This document shows positions 39,631 through 53,238 of a DNA stretch of 64,000 bases, piece after piece. Under the pieces are notes generated by a model. The model was not told the origin of the DNA, made no database searches, and worked only from the letters and a program-made list of their open reading frames with translations. Each line of letters starts with the position of its first letter. The first letter of the stretch is position 1. The position numbers and the translations under genes were made by a program. Source of the stretch: Hemiscyllium ocellatum. Taxonomy: Eukaryota. The stretch spans positions 64,418,001-64,482,000 of the forward strand of contig NC_083417.1 in NCBI RefSeq assembly GCF_020745735.1. The letters are read 5' to 3'.

Positions 39631-40399
39631 GAGAGCATAGGGCAGAGTGATGGTGGTTGTGTATAGGGCTCTTCAGTAAGGCATTTAACATGGTTCCTCA
39701 TAGTACACTAGTTAGCAAGATTACTTCACATGGAACTCAGGGAGAGCTAGCCATGCGAATACACAATTGGCTTGAAGATAGAAGACAAAGCGTCATGGTG
39801 GAGAATTATTTTTCAGACTGGAGGCCTGCGAGCAGTTGTGTGCTGCAAGGATTAGTGTTGGGTCCATTGCATTTTATTATTAAATAAATGATTTGGATGT
39901 GAATATAAAGTAATAATCAGTACGTTTAAGATGACACTGAAATTACTGGAATAGTGGACAGTGAAAAAGGTTATAGTGGACAGTGAAGAAGATTATCTCC
40001 TTTTTGAAAGATTTTGAACTGCTAGGAGCAAAATCAGAAAGCAAAACGTCCATATAATATTATCAAAACCAAACAACTGTGAATGTTGGAATTTCGAAAC
40101 AAAAACATAAATTTCTGGAAAAAGCAGCGATTTACCTGCACTTCACTCAATCTATTCAATTGTATTCATTGCTCACAATGTCTAACAATGCGGCATATTG
40201 GTGGCGTATAGATAACTCCCATCCATGATTCATTACAATGCTCTTTGTTGTTACCACTCAAACTGAATCCACTTCAGGATGCATTTCATTGGAAATCTCA
40301 CCAGTCACTATCACTCTGATATTTGCCTTTATTAAAACTGCCTCATCTCCTTTTCTAAATTGTCTATTCTTCGAGAACATTGAATAGCCTTGAATTTAA

Positions 40400-42300
40400 A
40401 AACACACAACACCAGGTTATAATCCAAGAAGTTTATTTGCTCTTCATCTGGCAGTTTTGGAGAAGGACCATAAGACTCAGAAAGCATGGCAAAAGGTTAC
40501 AGTGTAATGCAACTGAAATGACATCTTGAACACACTTACATTGCTGTTAAGTCTTTCAACTTTTAGAATGGGTTGCAGGATTCGCTTCATTAGCAAGTAA
40601 CTCCCAAAGCATCTTATAGGTTAAGTTCACGAAATAGCTCAAGGTTTTATTTTTAAAAACGTGACATTTCAGCTCAGACAATGCGTTAAAGGTGTAACGT
40701 TAGAGTCTGTCTGTATCCTAATGTTGAGTCAGATTAGTTCTAACTTATGAGATATACGGCATTGGCCAAGTCACAAGAGTACCTGCTGCATACATGGCAG
40801 ATGGTGTCCCCACATGTAATGGTAGTATCTGTGTTGATATTCTGACACTTTGGCAGTGGTTGCCATAACAGAGTATTACGGTGTTGTGGTCGATGTTGTT
40901 CGGAAAACTGGGCAGTTTGCTACGCACAATTATCTGCTTTAGGTTTAGGGGTTATTTAAGGTGTGAATTGGAGGCAAAAGGGAAGGTTTGGGCGAGGTGC
41001 TCATCCTATCGATAATGTTTTGCAGGCTGCGAAGAATATGGTGTAGTTTTCCCGCTTCTGGGAACTATTGGACAACGAAGGGTACCCTGTCAGTTGCATC
41101 CCATTTCTGTCTCTTGAGGAGGTCATTACAGTTTCTCACTGTGGCACGTCAGAACTATCGATCAATGAGTTGAGCATCTGTTCTTATTAGGGTACCCTTG
41201 GGCACCTTCAGGTATCTGCCATGCTTCTCCTCATCTGAGCAGATCCTGTGTACCCATTGGGCTTGTCCATAGAGGATGGTTGTTTTAATAGGGTGAAAAG
41301 CTTCTAGGGTGGAAGGTAGAGAAGTGTAACATAGTGAGGCTATCCATGAGTTTGCAGTAGAATGAGATGCTGAGGTGCCCACCTGTGATGGAGATGCATG
41401 TATCCAAGAATGAAACTCATATTGAAGAGTAGTCAATGAAACTCGTTGATATCAATGTGAAGTTGTTTCTGTGATACCTTGTCATGGGTTCAGAGGATAT
41501 CATTATAGTATCAGTCAATGGAACCCAGTCTGACTATGTCAAAGGCAACTTGAAATCCATTGTACAGGGGACTCCAGCTCCAATTGCTACACTACAAATT
41601 TGTAACAGAAACTCAGCACCCACAGACTAGTGGAACCAGGAGCTTTGTGAGAGTGTGTCACATGCACGCAGTCACTTCTCTCTCTCTCTCTCTCTCTCTG
41701 TCTCTCCCCCTAGCTCATGCACGTGCACGCACATATAATTCTACATGATGAAGTTGCATTTGCAATATTATATTTGCAGATACATTCCATTTTGCTCAAA
41801 GAATGCACAAATTGCATATAATCAATGGAGGCAGTCAATCTAGAACATATTTTGGAAATGGTACCAGTCCGATTCAAGATTGGGATACAGACATATCTTT
41901 ATACCTTTAATGAATCGTCTGAATTGAGATATCACCTTTAAAAAAAAATTAAGATATCCCAAGAATTTAACTTAAAAGAAGTTCTCGGATGTACATATAT
42001 ATGAACTGAAACCTGGAACTATTCTAAAAGATGAAAGACTTAAATGCAATCTGGATTTGTTCAAGATATCATTTTAGTTGCATTACAATGCAACCTTTAG
42101 TTATAAATTCTGAATCTTATGGTCTTGCTCCACAATTACCGGATGAAGGAGCAGTGCCCTGAAAGCTACTGCTTCCAAATACTGATAAACCTGTTGGATA
42201 TAACCTGGTGTTGCGTGATTTTTTCACTTTGTCCACCCCAGTCCAATACTGGCTCCTCCACATCATAGCCGTGAATTTGGATTTGTCAAACTTGGACACT
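40400..42300 (-). mobile_element. Penelope-like remnant (duplicate of 8280-10210)
   Basis: Colinear sequence similarity. Confidence 0.75.
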
Positions 42301-42514
42301 CTACAAGCCCATCCCTGTCATGGCTATCAGCTCATTTTCTACTTTCAACTTTTTTCTCTTGTTAGTTTAGCTTTATGTTAACCTGCCTGCCTGTCAGATT
42401 CATCAGCTATGGTAAAGTCCTCGCCAGAACTAAATAAGCTACTCATGTGTGAGTTCAAATTGGACTATGACTTCAAGTTGAAGGTCCATTATCTGCTCTC
42501 ATGCTATTTGACTT

Positions 42515-43250
42515 TATCGAGGCATGTTGTCTGTTCCCAGTCTATTTGAATTTTTCTTATTGCTGAAGCCCTCCAACCCTGGCAACATCCCTGTGAATCT
42601 TTTCTGAACCATTTCACGTTTAACAAAGCTTTTCCTACAACATGGAGACCAGAACTCAAGATAGTGTTCAACGATGCCAAACTAATGTCCCCTACCTTCC
42701 AACTCCTATTCTCAATGAACTGACCAATAAATGCACGTGTACTAAACGCTTTCTTCACTACCCTGTCTACCTGTGACTCCACTTTCAGGGAGCTACGAAT
42801 CTGTGCTCCAAGGTCACTTTTTTAGGGAACATTCTACCAATACATTACCATTAAGTATTTAGATCCTTCCTTGATTTGCCATGACAAAAGATCGTAGTTC
42901 ACATTTATCAAGGTTAAACTCCATCTGCCACACATCAGTTCATCGAGCCAGCTGATTAAGACCTATTTGTACTCTAAAGTAACCTTCTTGGCTGTCCACT
43001 ACACCATCAATTTTGGTGTCGTCTTCAAATTTACTAACTATGTCTTCTATATTCATATCCAAATCGTTTATAGGGATGCAGAAAAACACTGGGCCCAACA
43101 CCAATCACTGTGGCACAAAGCTAGTCGCAGGCCTCCAGTCTGAAATGAAAGCCTTCACCAGCACCATCTGTCTCCTACCTTCCAGCCTATTTTGTGTCCT
43201 AATGGCTCGTTCTTCGTGTATTCCATGTGTTATAACTTTGTTACTCAAGG
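42515..43250 (-). mobile_element. CR1 RT/3' fragment
   Basis: Minus ORF ESQVDRVVKKAFSTRAFIGQFIENRSW... Confidence 0.8.
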
Positions 43251-43769
43251 TTGGCATGAAGATTTGTAGCTCAGGTGCTGTTTATTGTGGTTGTGGGTAT
43301 GTTGACTGAGCTGGGAAGTTGATTTGCAAATGTTTCGTCCCCTGTCTCGCTGACATCTTCAGTGGTTTGGAGTCTCCTGTGAAACACTGCAATATTGTGT
43401 CTTCCGGAATTTATTTGATTCCAATCCTACTGTTTCCGGTTGCTGGTTCCTTTCATTTGTTGACGTGGCCGGTTTATTTCGTCCGGAACTATGTGTTGAT
43501 GGTGTCTGTGAATGAGTGCCATGATTCCAAAAAATCTCTGGTTGTCCTCTATTTAGCTTGTCCTGTGGTCGTTGTGTTGTCCCAGTCGAATGGGTGGTAC
43601 TTGTCCTCTGTGTGTATGGCTACGAGGGACAGATGGTCATGGCATTTAGTGGCTAGTTGGTGTTCGCGGATGTGAATTGCTAGCTGTCTATCTCTTTGTG
43701 TTAGATAGTGCTTCAGGCAATCGTTTCATGTAGTGTTGTAAATTATGCTCGTCTTGTAGATGATGGGCA

Positions 43770-46700
43770 TTGGTTCTTTTGTTCTGGTGAATTGAGGATA
43801 GAGCAGATGAATGCATGGCTGGGAAGCTGTTGTATGGGAGAAGGATTCACATTTTTGGATCATTGGAATCTCTTTTGGGATAGAAGTGACCTGTACAAGA
43901 AGGACGGATTGCTCCTAAATTGGAAGGGGACTAATATGCTGGCAGGGAAATTTGCTAGAACTGCGTGGGAGGAATTAAACTGTTCAGGTGAGTGGGGGGG
44001 GGGGGGGGGTGAGACCTAGGGAGATAGTGAGGAAAGAGATTGATCTGAGACGGGTACAGCTGAGAACAGAAGTGAGTCAAAAACTCAGGGCAGGCAGGGA
44101 CAAGGTAGGATTAATAAATTAAACTGCATTTGTTTCAATGCTAGGGACGTCACAGGGAAGGCAGATGAACTCAGGGCATAGTTAGCAACATGGGACTGGG
44201 ATATCATAGCAATTATGTAAACATGGCTCAGGGATGGGCAGGACTGGCAGCTTAATGTTCTGGGATACAAATGCTAGGAAGGATACAAAGGGAGGCAACA
44301 GAGGAGGGGGAGTGGCATTTTTGATAAGGGATAGCATTACAGCGGTGCTGAGGGAGGATATTCCCGGAAATACATTCAGGGAAGTTTTTTTGGGTGGAAC
44401 TCAGAATTAATAAAGGGATGATCTCCTTTTTGAGATTGTATTATAGAGCTCCCAATAGTCAGAGGGAAATAGAGAAACAAACTTGTAAGGAGATCTCGGC
44501 TATCTGTAAGAATAATACGGTAGTTATGTTGGGGGATTTTAACATTCCAAACATCGATTGAGACTGCCATAGTGTTAAGGGTTTAGATGGAGAGGAATTT
44601 CTTAAGTGTGTACAAGACAATTTCCTTATTCAGTATGCGGATGTACCTCCGAGAGAAGGTGCAACACTCGACCAATTCTTGGGAAATAAGGCAGGGCAGG
44701 TGACTGAGGTGTCAATTTGAGAGCACTTTGGGGCCAGCGACCTTAATTCTATCCGTTTTAAAATAGTGATGTAAAAGAATACACCAGATCTAAAAGTTGA
44801 AGTTCTAAATTGGAGAAAGTCCAATTTCGATGGTATTACAAAAGAACTTTCGAAAACCGATTGGAGGCAGATGTTCACAGGTAAAGGGCCAGCTGGAAAA
44901 TGGGAAGCCTTCAGAAATGAGATAACAAAACTCCTGAGGAAGTATATTCCTGTCAGGGCGAAAGGGAAGGCTGGTAGGTATAGGGAATGCTGGATGACTA
45001 AAGAAATTGAGGGTTTGTTTAAGAAAACGAAGGAAGCATATGTCAGGTATAGACAGGATAGATCGAGTGAATCCTTAGAAGGATAAAGAGGAAGGAGGAG
45101 TAAATTTCACAGGGAAATTAGGAGAGCAAAAACGGGGACATGAGATAGGTTTGGTAAATAGAATTAAGGAGAATCTAAAGGGTTTTTACAAATATATTAA
45201 GAACAAAAGGGTAACTAGGGAGAGAATAGGTCCCCTCAAAGATCAGCAAGGCAGCCTTTGCGTGGAGCCACAGAAAATGGGGGAGATATTAAATGAGTAT
45301 TTTGCATCAGTATTTACTGTGGAATAGGATATGGAAGATATAGACTGTAGGGAAATAAATGGCGACATCTTGAAAAATGTTCATATTACAGCGGAGAAAG
45401 TGCTGGATGTCTTGAAATGGTTAAAAATGGATAAATCCCCAGGATCTGATCAGGTGTACCAGAGAGTTCAGCGGGAAGTAAGAGAAGTGATTGCTGGGCC
45501 TCTTACTGAGATATTTGTGTCATTGACAGTCACACGTGAGATACGGGAAGACTGAAGGTTGGCAAATGTGGTGTCACTGTTTAAGAAGGGTGGTAAAGAC
45601 AAGCCAAGGAACTATAGACTGGTGAGCCTGATCTCGGTCATTGGCAAGTTGTTGGAGGGGATCCTGGGGGACATGATGTACACGTATTTGGAAAGGCAAG
45701 GACTGATTAGGGGTAGTCAACATGGCTTTGCGTGTGGGAAATCATGTCTCATAAACTTGATTGAGGTTTTGAAGAAGTAACAAAGAGGATTGCTGAAGGC
45801 AGAGCAGTAGATGTGATCTGCATGGACTTCAGTAATGTGTTTGACAGGGTTCCCCATGGGAGACTGATTAGCAAGGTTAGACCACATGGAATATAGGGAG
45901 AACTAGCCATTTTGGATACAGAACTGGCTCAAAGGTAGACGACAGAGGGTGGTGGTGGAGGGTTGTTTTTTAGACTGGAGGCCTGTGATCAATGGAGTTC
46001 CACAAGGATCAGTGTGGGCTCCTCTACTTTTTGTCATTTACATAACTGATTTGGATGTGAGCTTAAGAGGTATAATTAGTAAGTTTGCAGATGACACTAA
46101 AATTGGAGGTGTAGTGAACAGCGAAGAGGGTTACCTCAGATTACAACAGGATCAGGACGAGATGGGCCAATGGGCTGAGAAGTGGCAGATAGAGTTGAAT
46201 TCAGATCAATGCGAGGTGCTGCATTTTTGGGAAAGCAAATCCTATCAGGACTTACACACTTAATGGTATGGTCCTAGGGGGTGTTACTGAACAAAGAGAC
46301 CTTGGAGTGCAAGTTCATAGCTCCTTGAAAGTGGAGTCGTAGGTAGATAAGATAGTGAAGAAGGCGTTTGGTATGCTTTCCTTTATTGGTCAGTGTAGTG
46401 AATACAGGAGTTGGGAGGTAGTGTTGCGGCTGTACAGGACATTGGTTTGGCCACTATTGGAATATTGTGTGCAATTCTGTTCTCCTTCCTGTTGGAAAAA
46501 TGTTGTGAAACTTGAAACGGTTCAGAAATGATTTACAGATGCTACCAGGGTTGGAAGATTTGAGCTTTAGGGAGAGGCTGAACAGGCCCGGGCTGTTTTC
46601 TCTGGAACATAGGAGGCTAAGGGGTGGCCTTATAGAAGTTAACTACATTATGAGGGGCATGGATAGCATAAGTAGGCAAAGTCTTTTCCCTGGGGTCGGG

Positions 46701-46995
46701 CTGTCCAGAACTAGAGGGCATAGATTTAGGGTGAGAGGGAAAAGATATAAAAGAGACCAAAGGGGCATCTTTTTCACACAGTGGGTGATACGGGAATGGA
46801 ATGAGCTGCCAGAGGAAGGAGTAGAGGTTGGTACAATTGCAACATTTGAGAGGCATTTGGTTGGTGATATGAATTGGAAGGGTTTGGAGGGATATGGGCT
46901 GGGAGCTGGCAGATTGGGTTGTGATATCAAGACAGCACAGATGGGTTGGACCAAAGGGTCTGTTTCCATGCTATACATCTCCATGACTCTATGAC
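43770..46995 (+). mobile_element. Long CR1 LINE: ORF1 esterase C-terminus, disrupted ORF2 (EN+RT) and 3' end
   Basis: EQMNAWLGSCCMGEGFTFLDHWNLFW...LYKKDGLLLN (ORF1 SGNH-like), FNARDV..KADELRA (APE), KGGKDKPRNYRLVSL, VPQGSV and SKFADDTKIGG. Stops throughout. Confidence 0.92.
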
Positions 46996-48329
46996 TTTGT
47001 TTTGATATTGCAACGAGAGATTGCTATTGAAAAATCTGTTGTGAAGAAATAAAATACAGTACCATTTCTATAGAGCTGTGCTCGTTCTATTCAATGCTTC
47101 ATAGCTTGAAGAAAAATAGATTGGGTTTTACTCTCTATCATAGTAACTTTGAAGTAACAACAGTTTAAAAAAGATGAAAAGATGACATAAGTCGGTTTGA
47201 TTGATTCTTTCCTTAAAGGGTAAAGGAACTCCAAACCGTAATCACTGTTGGAATCAGAATATGTGAAGAATTGTTATAAATTCAAAATTGGAAACTGCAC
47301 TGGTTGACGAAAGTGGATGGCTGAGATGATTTGAATGATTCTTTAAAAATGTCAGATCCCAGAATATATCTGATATTTTAAAATTCCACATGGATAGATG
47401 TGAACTCGGTAACTGTGTAATATTTGCAAAAAGGACATGAGAGATTCAGGAGATTCATGGATTATTCCGTAGACTGAACTGTCAACGATTTCATATCAGT
47501 AACATCAACAAGACTGGCAATCACAAGACAACAAAACAACACAGAACTCTAATCATTAACCTCGGATTATCACTCAGGATATGCTGATTTGTAGTAGACA
47601 GTATGGCCTATAGACCAAACTTACATATATGTGTTTATGATTCATGCACAAGAATGCCCAGATCCCTTGGCTTTGCATGTTTTTGATGTTGTCCTCATTT
47701 GATAAATACACTTCCCACAAAAGATAAATGATCTCACAATTTCTTACATTTAATTCAAAAAGCCAGCAAATTTGGATACATTACACTTCGCTCAATACCT
47801 GAAGAATCTTGAAAAATATTCTTCACTCAAGGTATATGGCCATCATTGATTGAATCAGCATTCGCTGCCCAATGCGAGTTGCCCTTGAAAAGGTACTGGG
47901 AAGCTTCCTTCTTTAACTGCTGTGGCCCATTTTAAGTTAAGTACACATTGAAAGTATTTTCTTTATAATTTTGTGTTTCTTTATCCTGCGGAATAAAATG
48001 AGAAAGATTAGTTTTAAAACACAGAGATTAACTAGGATTACTACATCTCCAGCAAGTAAGGAATTTCAAGCCATGGGGTTGCTTACACGTGAAGCTGATT
48101 AGTTTGTGAACGAGAGACTATTCAATGACAACTACCCTGCGCCTCTCGAGCACAAGGGTTTCGGCTATCAGTCAGCACATAGGCTTCGGCTGTGAGTCAG
48201 ATCAAAAGAGAAACCAGCACAGCAGATGCAGACAGAAACTTTGTCTCTCTATTCTCTGCAGTAGATCTCTTTAATCCAAAAGAAATCGAGACTGCCTTTC
48301 CTTCAGAAGATGCTACAATTTGTGATTTT

Positions 48330-48720
48330 TAATTGTAGAGGATGAGTGACTCAACAGGTCACTTTGATACAGAGAGACATTCAAGTGAGGGAAGGAAGGA
48401 AGAATGTAGTACAAATAGGGCACAATATGATCAGGGGAATAGAAACTATTCTCCGCACCAAGAGGAAGAGACGCAAAGACTGTGCTGCCTATCCGATGGA
48501 AAGGTTAAAGATATCTCATTTGGAGTGGAATAAAACTTGCAGAGGGACGGGAAGGATCCAGGTGTTGACATTTATGCTGGAAGCAGTGACACTGATAGGA
48601 CAAGAAAGAATGCTTTTTCTGAAATATTTTGAATAGTTAGGAGCTACATTAGAAATAAGTACCTCAATGTTACAACACAGAACTGCAGATACTGGAAATC
48701 GGGACATTGAGTGGTTGAAC
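48330..48720 (+). mobile_element. CR1 ORF1 esterase relic
   Basis: LCCLSDGKVKDIS (cf. VCCLPGARVKDV) and a downstream GTNDIG-like remnant. Confidence 0.55.
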
Positions 48721-49634
48721 TCGAGACTGAATCGGAAAGACTAGAGGTTCCCCAAGCTGAGAATGAAATACCATTCTTCTAGCTTGCACTAGCTTTCACT
48801 GGAGTGCTGCAGCAAGCCTGCTTGAAAGATGTTGGCCTCAGAACACAATGGTGCATTGAAGTTGCAGGCAATACGGAGCTCAAGATGATTTTTTTGCAGA
48901 TACAATGTAGGTGTTCTCTAAAGCGGTCCCCCAGTCTGAGCATGGTCACTTGTATAGGCGACCACATTGTGAGCACTCCCATCCACATTGAAAGGATTAA
49001 AAGTCACCAGTTCAGTGAGCTCCAGTCGGATGCTCCCGTCCCCTCAATTGTCAGCCAGCGGCACAGCCAGTTTCCAGTGGGAAAGCTTGGCCTGCTCCTG
49101 CCCCAAACACCACAGTGCCTTCCCAGACAATCGCCGATGGTGTAATGCTGTTTCATTTACTTCCTCCCTCCTCAAGGCCCCAGGGTCATATTCCAATTGA
49201 AGCAGCTATTTACCTGTACTTAATTCAAACTCATCCACTGTACTCGCTGCTCACCATGTTGAAGAGTGAGGCAAATCGGTGGCGTACAGCAAGTCATTAA
49301 TTCTTTGTCATGTTAATTCTTATGTCCACTCAAACTGAATCCACAGCTGGATAAATTGCATTTATACAACCAGTCACTAACATGCAAATATTTGCCTTTA
49401 TTAATAAAACTACTGCACCTCGTCCCGTTTACTGTTTTGCCTATTCTTCCAGAACACTGATTACCTTTGAATATAGTTTAACCAAAATTTGCCGTTCTGC
49501 AAACATGTCTTTGCACTGGCTATCAACTCACATTCAATTATTTCTATTTAAGCTGGCCTTTCGGTCTCCCAAACCTTTCAACGTCAGCATACTTCGTCAT
49601 CCTGTCTGTACGTACGTATTCTGTTCGAATTTTA

Positions 49635-49875
49635 TTATATTAGATTAGATTATTTACCGTGTGGAAACAGGCCCTTCGGCCCAACAAGTCCACACCGACC
49701 CGCCGATGCGCAACCCACCCATACCCCTACATTTACCCCTTACCTAACACAACGCAGACATGGGGAGAACGTGCAAACTCCACACAGTCAGTCGCCTAAG
49801 TCGGGAATTGTACCCAGGTCTCAGGCGCTGTGAGGCAGCAGTGCTGACCACTGTGCCACCGTGCCGCCCACGTTA
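49635..49875 (-). mobile_element. HE1-type SINE
   Basis: (ttaga) tail and reverse tRNA head ...gcagcagtgctgaccactgtgccaccgtgccgccca. Confidence 0.9.
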
Positions 49876-50754
49876 GCTTCTGTAAAAGCCCTCCTTTCTT
49901 TCAAAGTCATCGTTAGCGATTCAGTTTGTGCATATATTCAAGTTTTGAGATCCCACGAATTATTCTGGAAAAGCTTTGTTGAATTCCATCTTTTGCGAGA
50001 TCATACTTTTTCATAAGCAGATACCAAAGCTGCACAGAGTGTTCCTGGTTTAGTCTCACTGAGGCCCTGCACTTTTGCGGTATATATCCCTGCAACTCCA
50101 TTCTAATATTTTAGCTTTGGAGGTGATCATGCAAAGTGCTTCCTCAATAACTGCTGCGAAGCCATGCTAACTGTATACGACTTGTATATAACATTATTCA
50201 GACCTCAGCTTCACACTCACCACTCCCACCATTCAACACGTGCCCATAGCAACCAGCCCCACCTCCCCCAATTCCAAACGACCACCACCGCCGCATTTCC
50301 CACGCCACCTGATTTCCTGCTTTCACTGCCAAATGCTAACCTCATGTTTAACTGAAAGATAACCATTTCTGGAATCTCCTTGCAGCTAACTCTCATATTA
50401 AGGCCATCTGCAAACATACGGAACATGCTTTGGGATGGCTTAAGAATGCATTAATACACATGGAGCATAGCCGAGGTCAAAGCTCTGACCGCTATGCTAT
50501 GAATCACTGTGCGACATTTGGAAAATGAAGATAGCATAGCCTCTCGATGCTTCTTGTCTTCCAAAAAGGCCAAATCTCTGAAGAACACAATGTCATAATG
50601 AAATTGTTGTATCAAGCCACTTTATTGCAAGAAATGGTATACTTCAACTTAACTGAAATATTTCCAAAGAAATTTGTACAGCAAATGCATTAATTAAGTG
50701 GAAACTTAATGTACAAAAGGAACAGAGGCATGGTATTGAAAAACGGAATCTGTG

Positions 50755-51070
50755 TTCATGTTTGTAGCCTCACTGCCAGATTCGAATCCACTCTCGGGCG
50801 ACTGTCTTTTATATGTAGTTTGCACAATTTCCCCGAGTTTGCATGGGTTTCCTCCGGGTGCACCGGTTTCCTGCCACGGTCCACAGATGTGCAGGTTAGG
50901 TCAATTAGCCATGCTAACTTGCCCACAGTGTTCGGGATGTCTAGATTTCATGCAATAGTCATGGGAAACATAGAGTAATAGGGTAGGGAAATGGGTTTGG
51001 GTGGAATATTTTTCAGAGGGTCAGTGTGGACGAATGGCCTGTTTCCACACTGTAGGGATTCTATGATTCG
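50755..51070 (+). mobile_element. Old HE1-type SINE (duplicate of 11150-11490)
   Basis: Colinear with copy 1. Confidence 0.75.
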
Positions 51071-53061
51071 AAAATTAAGTAATAAAACACTGAGTACAAA
51101 ATTTCCCCTTTGGTATTTTTGCCTTACAATTGAGCCATTCAGGATTGAAAACTTACAATCGAAGCATTATTAATGACAGACACAAATGCCGAGGCTTTCC
51201 TACTAAATGTCCAAGGGGGACAATTTCCATACTTAGGCAGGCTCGCTCCTGTGAAACCAGAGCCAACGCTGGCACACAGTGATAGGGACAGGGAGGTACA
51301 AATTGCTGAGAGAATTTTGAACAATAGGTTATGTTGACACTATCACGTGAAACATCCTGACACATTTCCTTTTCCTTTCAGTACAATTTGAAGGGTGTGT
51401 TTCCACACTGTAAGTAATCTAATCTAATCTAATCTAATTTTATTCGCACCTGTGAGATAAGGACGACACATGGCTTCATTGTTGCCAGGCGTTAGGAGGG
51501 TTTAGTTATGGGTATCTATGTGCTATGCTTTTCTGATAAAGATCTCATATTAGAAGATTCCTACAGCCCCCTGCTGCACAAGTGGAGACACTCATTCTCT
51601 ATATTCGTTGCCATTGTGACGCACATTGTCCAGCTCAAAATTCCAGCAAGATCGAAGAAAACAGTGGTACCTTGGAATATGAGGTGACCATACCAGGCAT
51701 GGTCTTACACTTATCCTCCTCCTTGTCACAGTGACCGGTCGGACAGATGAACCACGTTTCTCCCTTACTACATTTCTAACTGTCCTTTTACATGACGTGG
51801 TCATTCAAACACAGTTGCTGCAACCCTTTCACAATTGTCAGTCCTCCAAACCCCACTTATCCTGAAGCATCCAGACTGCACGATCAGATTGCCATGACTC
51901 CTTCAAGTGACAACAGTCTCCCTATGTTGGTCCCAGGTGAACATAGAAAAGAAACCCGACTGCTCAACACTTCAGCTACGATCGGCCATTGAATAAGATC
52001 ATGACCGATCAAATATTAGCCTCGATTTTTCATTCCCCTGGTCATCAACAATCTAACAATTTCTGCTTTAAATTATTTTAAGATTCTATATCCACTGCTT
52101 TTTGAGCAAAGGAATTCACACTCCTAAGAACATAAGAATATAAGAGCCACAAGCAGGTAAAACCAATGCCATCCCTCCATTCAGCTCCACCATTCGACAC
52201 GAACATGATTGATTTCCTCTCGCCCTCATCTCCATTTTCCTGTCCCCTCCCTTTTACTCATTCATCCTCTGAGACATTTTCATTTCTCATCACACTTTCC
52301 ATTTAGTTCCCGTGAACAGACCTAATAGGATTGCTCTGGGCAAGTTGTGGCCATATTCTTCACTTGTGTCTATCAATCTGCCGAGTAGATTTAATCCCAC
52401 CCTTGGACTAATCTCCGTGAACCTACAGGACTGGCGATATTCCAGTCGTTAGACTGCAGACACTGACCAAGACCAACCTGATCAGGGACCTCACATTTCC
52501 TTGTCCTTTAGAATTGCATTAGAGATTGCTCTTCGTTCATATTCCAAATCATCCTCAATGCTAAGTATCACCAAGGTTTTGAGACATGGCTGCCTGCTGG
52601 CTACGCATGATGTGCCTTTGGCTCATAAACTGTTGGCACTGATTGTAGGGTTAGACTGATAGAGCACATTGCCAACATCGGGTTCAATGTCCTATTGATA
52701 AAGAATTGCTCATCTGCAAGACAAAGTTGCACGGCTTTGAGACTTCGTTAATAGTGGGGTAAAGCATAGATTCTGAGATGATGCAAGAGTTCAGTAATTG
52801 AATGCACAAGAAGAGAGCAAGCGAGGCAGCATTCCATGTACTCAAAGTGTCTTTCCACCCGACTTTCAACACAGGTCATTGGTGGTCTTGACAACAACTA
52901 AGTAAAATTAATCTGGTATTAGAGTACAAGTACTATCTATTGCTATCTGATATATCGCTGCAATGCTTATACACGGAGAAGAGAAATTTAACACGCCTGA
53001 AGTTCAAATCTGAAAAAAAATGCAATCTAAACACGTTCAAGTATCTTCTGCATCTTATTTG

Positions 53062-53238
53062 TTACGGCTTGCTATTTCTTGCTGGTGCATAATTATCTTT
53101 TGTTCCTTTTCGTCTTCCAGTCTGCAGCGCTGCATACTCTGTACCTTCTTTGGGATTGTGGCACTTCTCCGGTTTCATTGGGCTACTCAACGTTAGTGCA
53201 GTATATGTCACCTTATCAGCGACAGCGTCTTGTGCGAC
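53062..53238 (-). CDS. Gene B terminal cytoplasmic exon (VTYTAL, TEYAAL)
   Basis: ccttcacag|GTC. Translates VAQDAVADKVTYTALTLSSPMKPEKCHNPKEGTEYAALQTGRRKGTKDNYAPARNSKP*. Confidence 0.85.
   Translation of the reverse strand, partial: VAQDAVADKVTYTALTLSSPMKPEKCHNPKEGTEYAALQTGRRKGTKDNYAPARNSKP

Noticed and set aside
48145-48270. Minus-strand TM-like segment (FLSASAVLVSLLI*LTA) between AG and GT
   Set aside because: Contains a stop, has no similarity to the A/B TM exons and has no associated C1 or V exon nearby.
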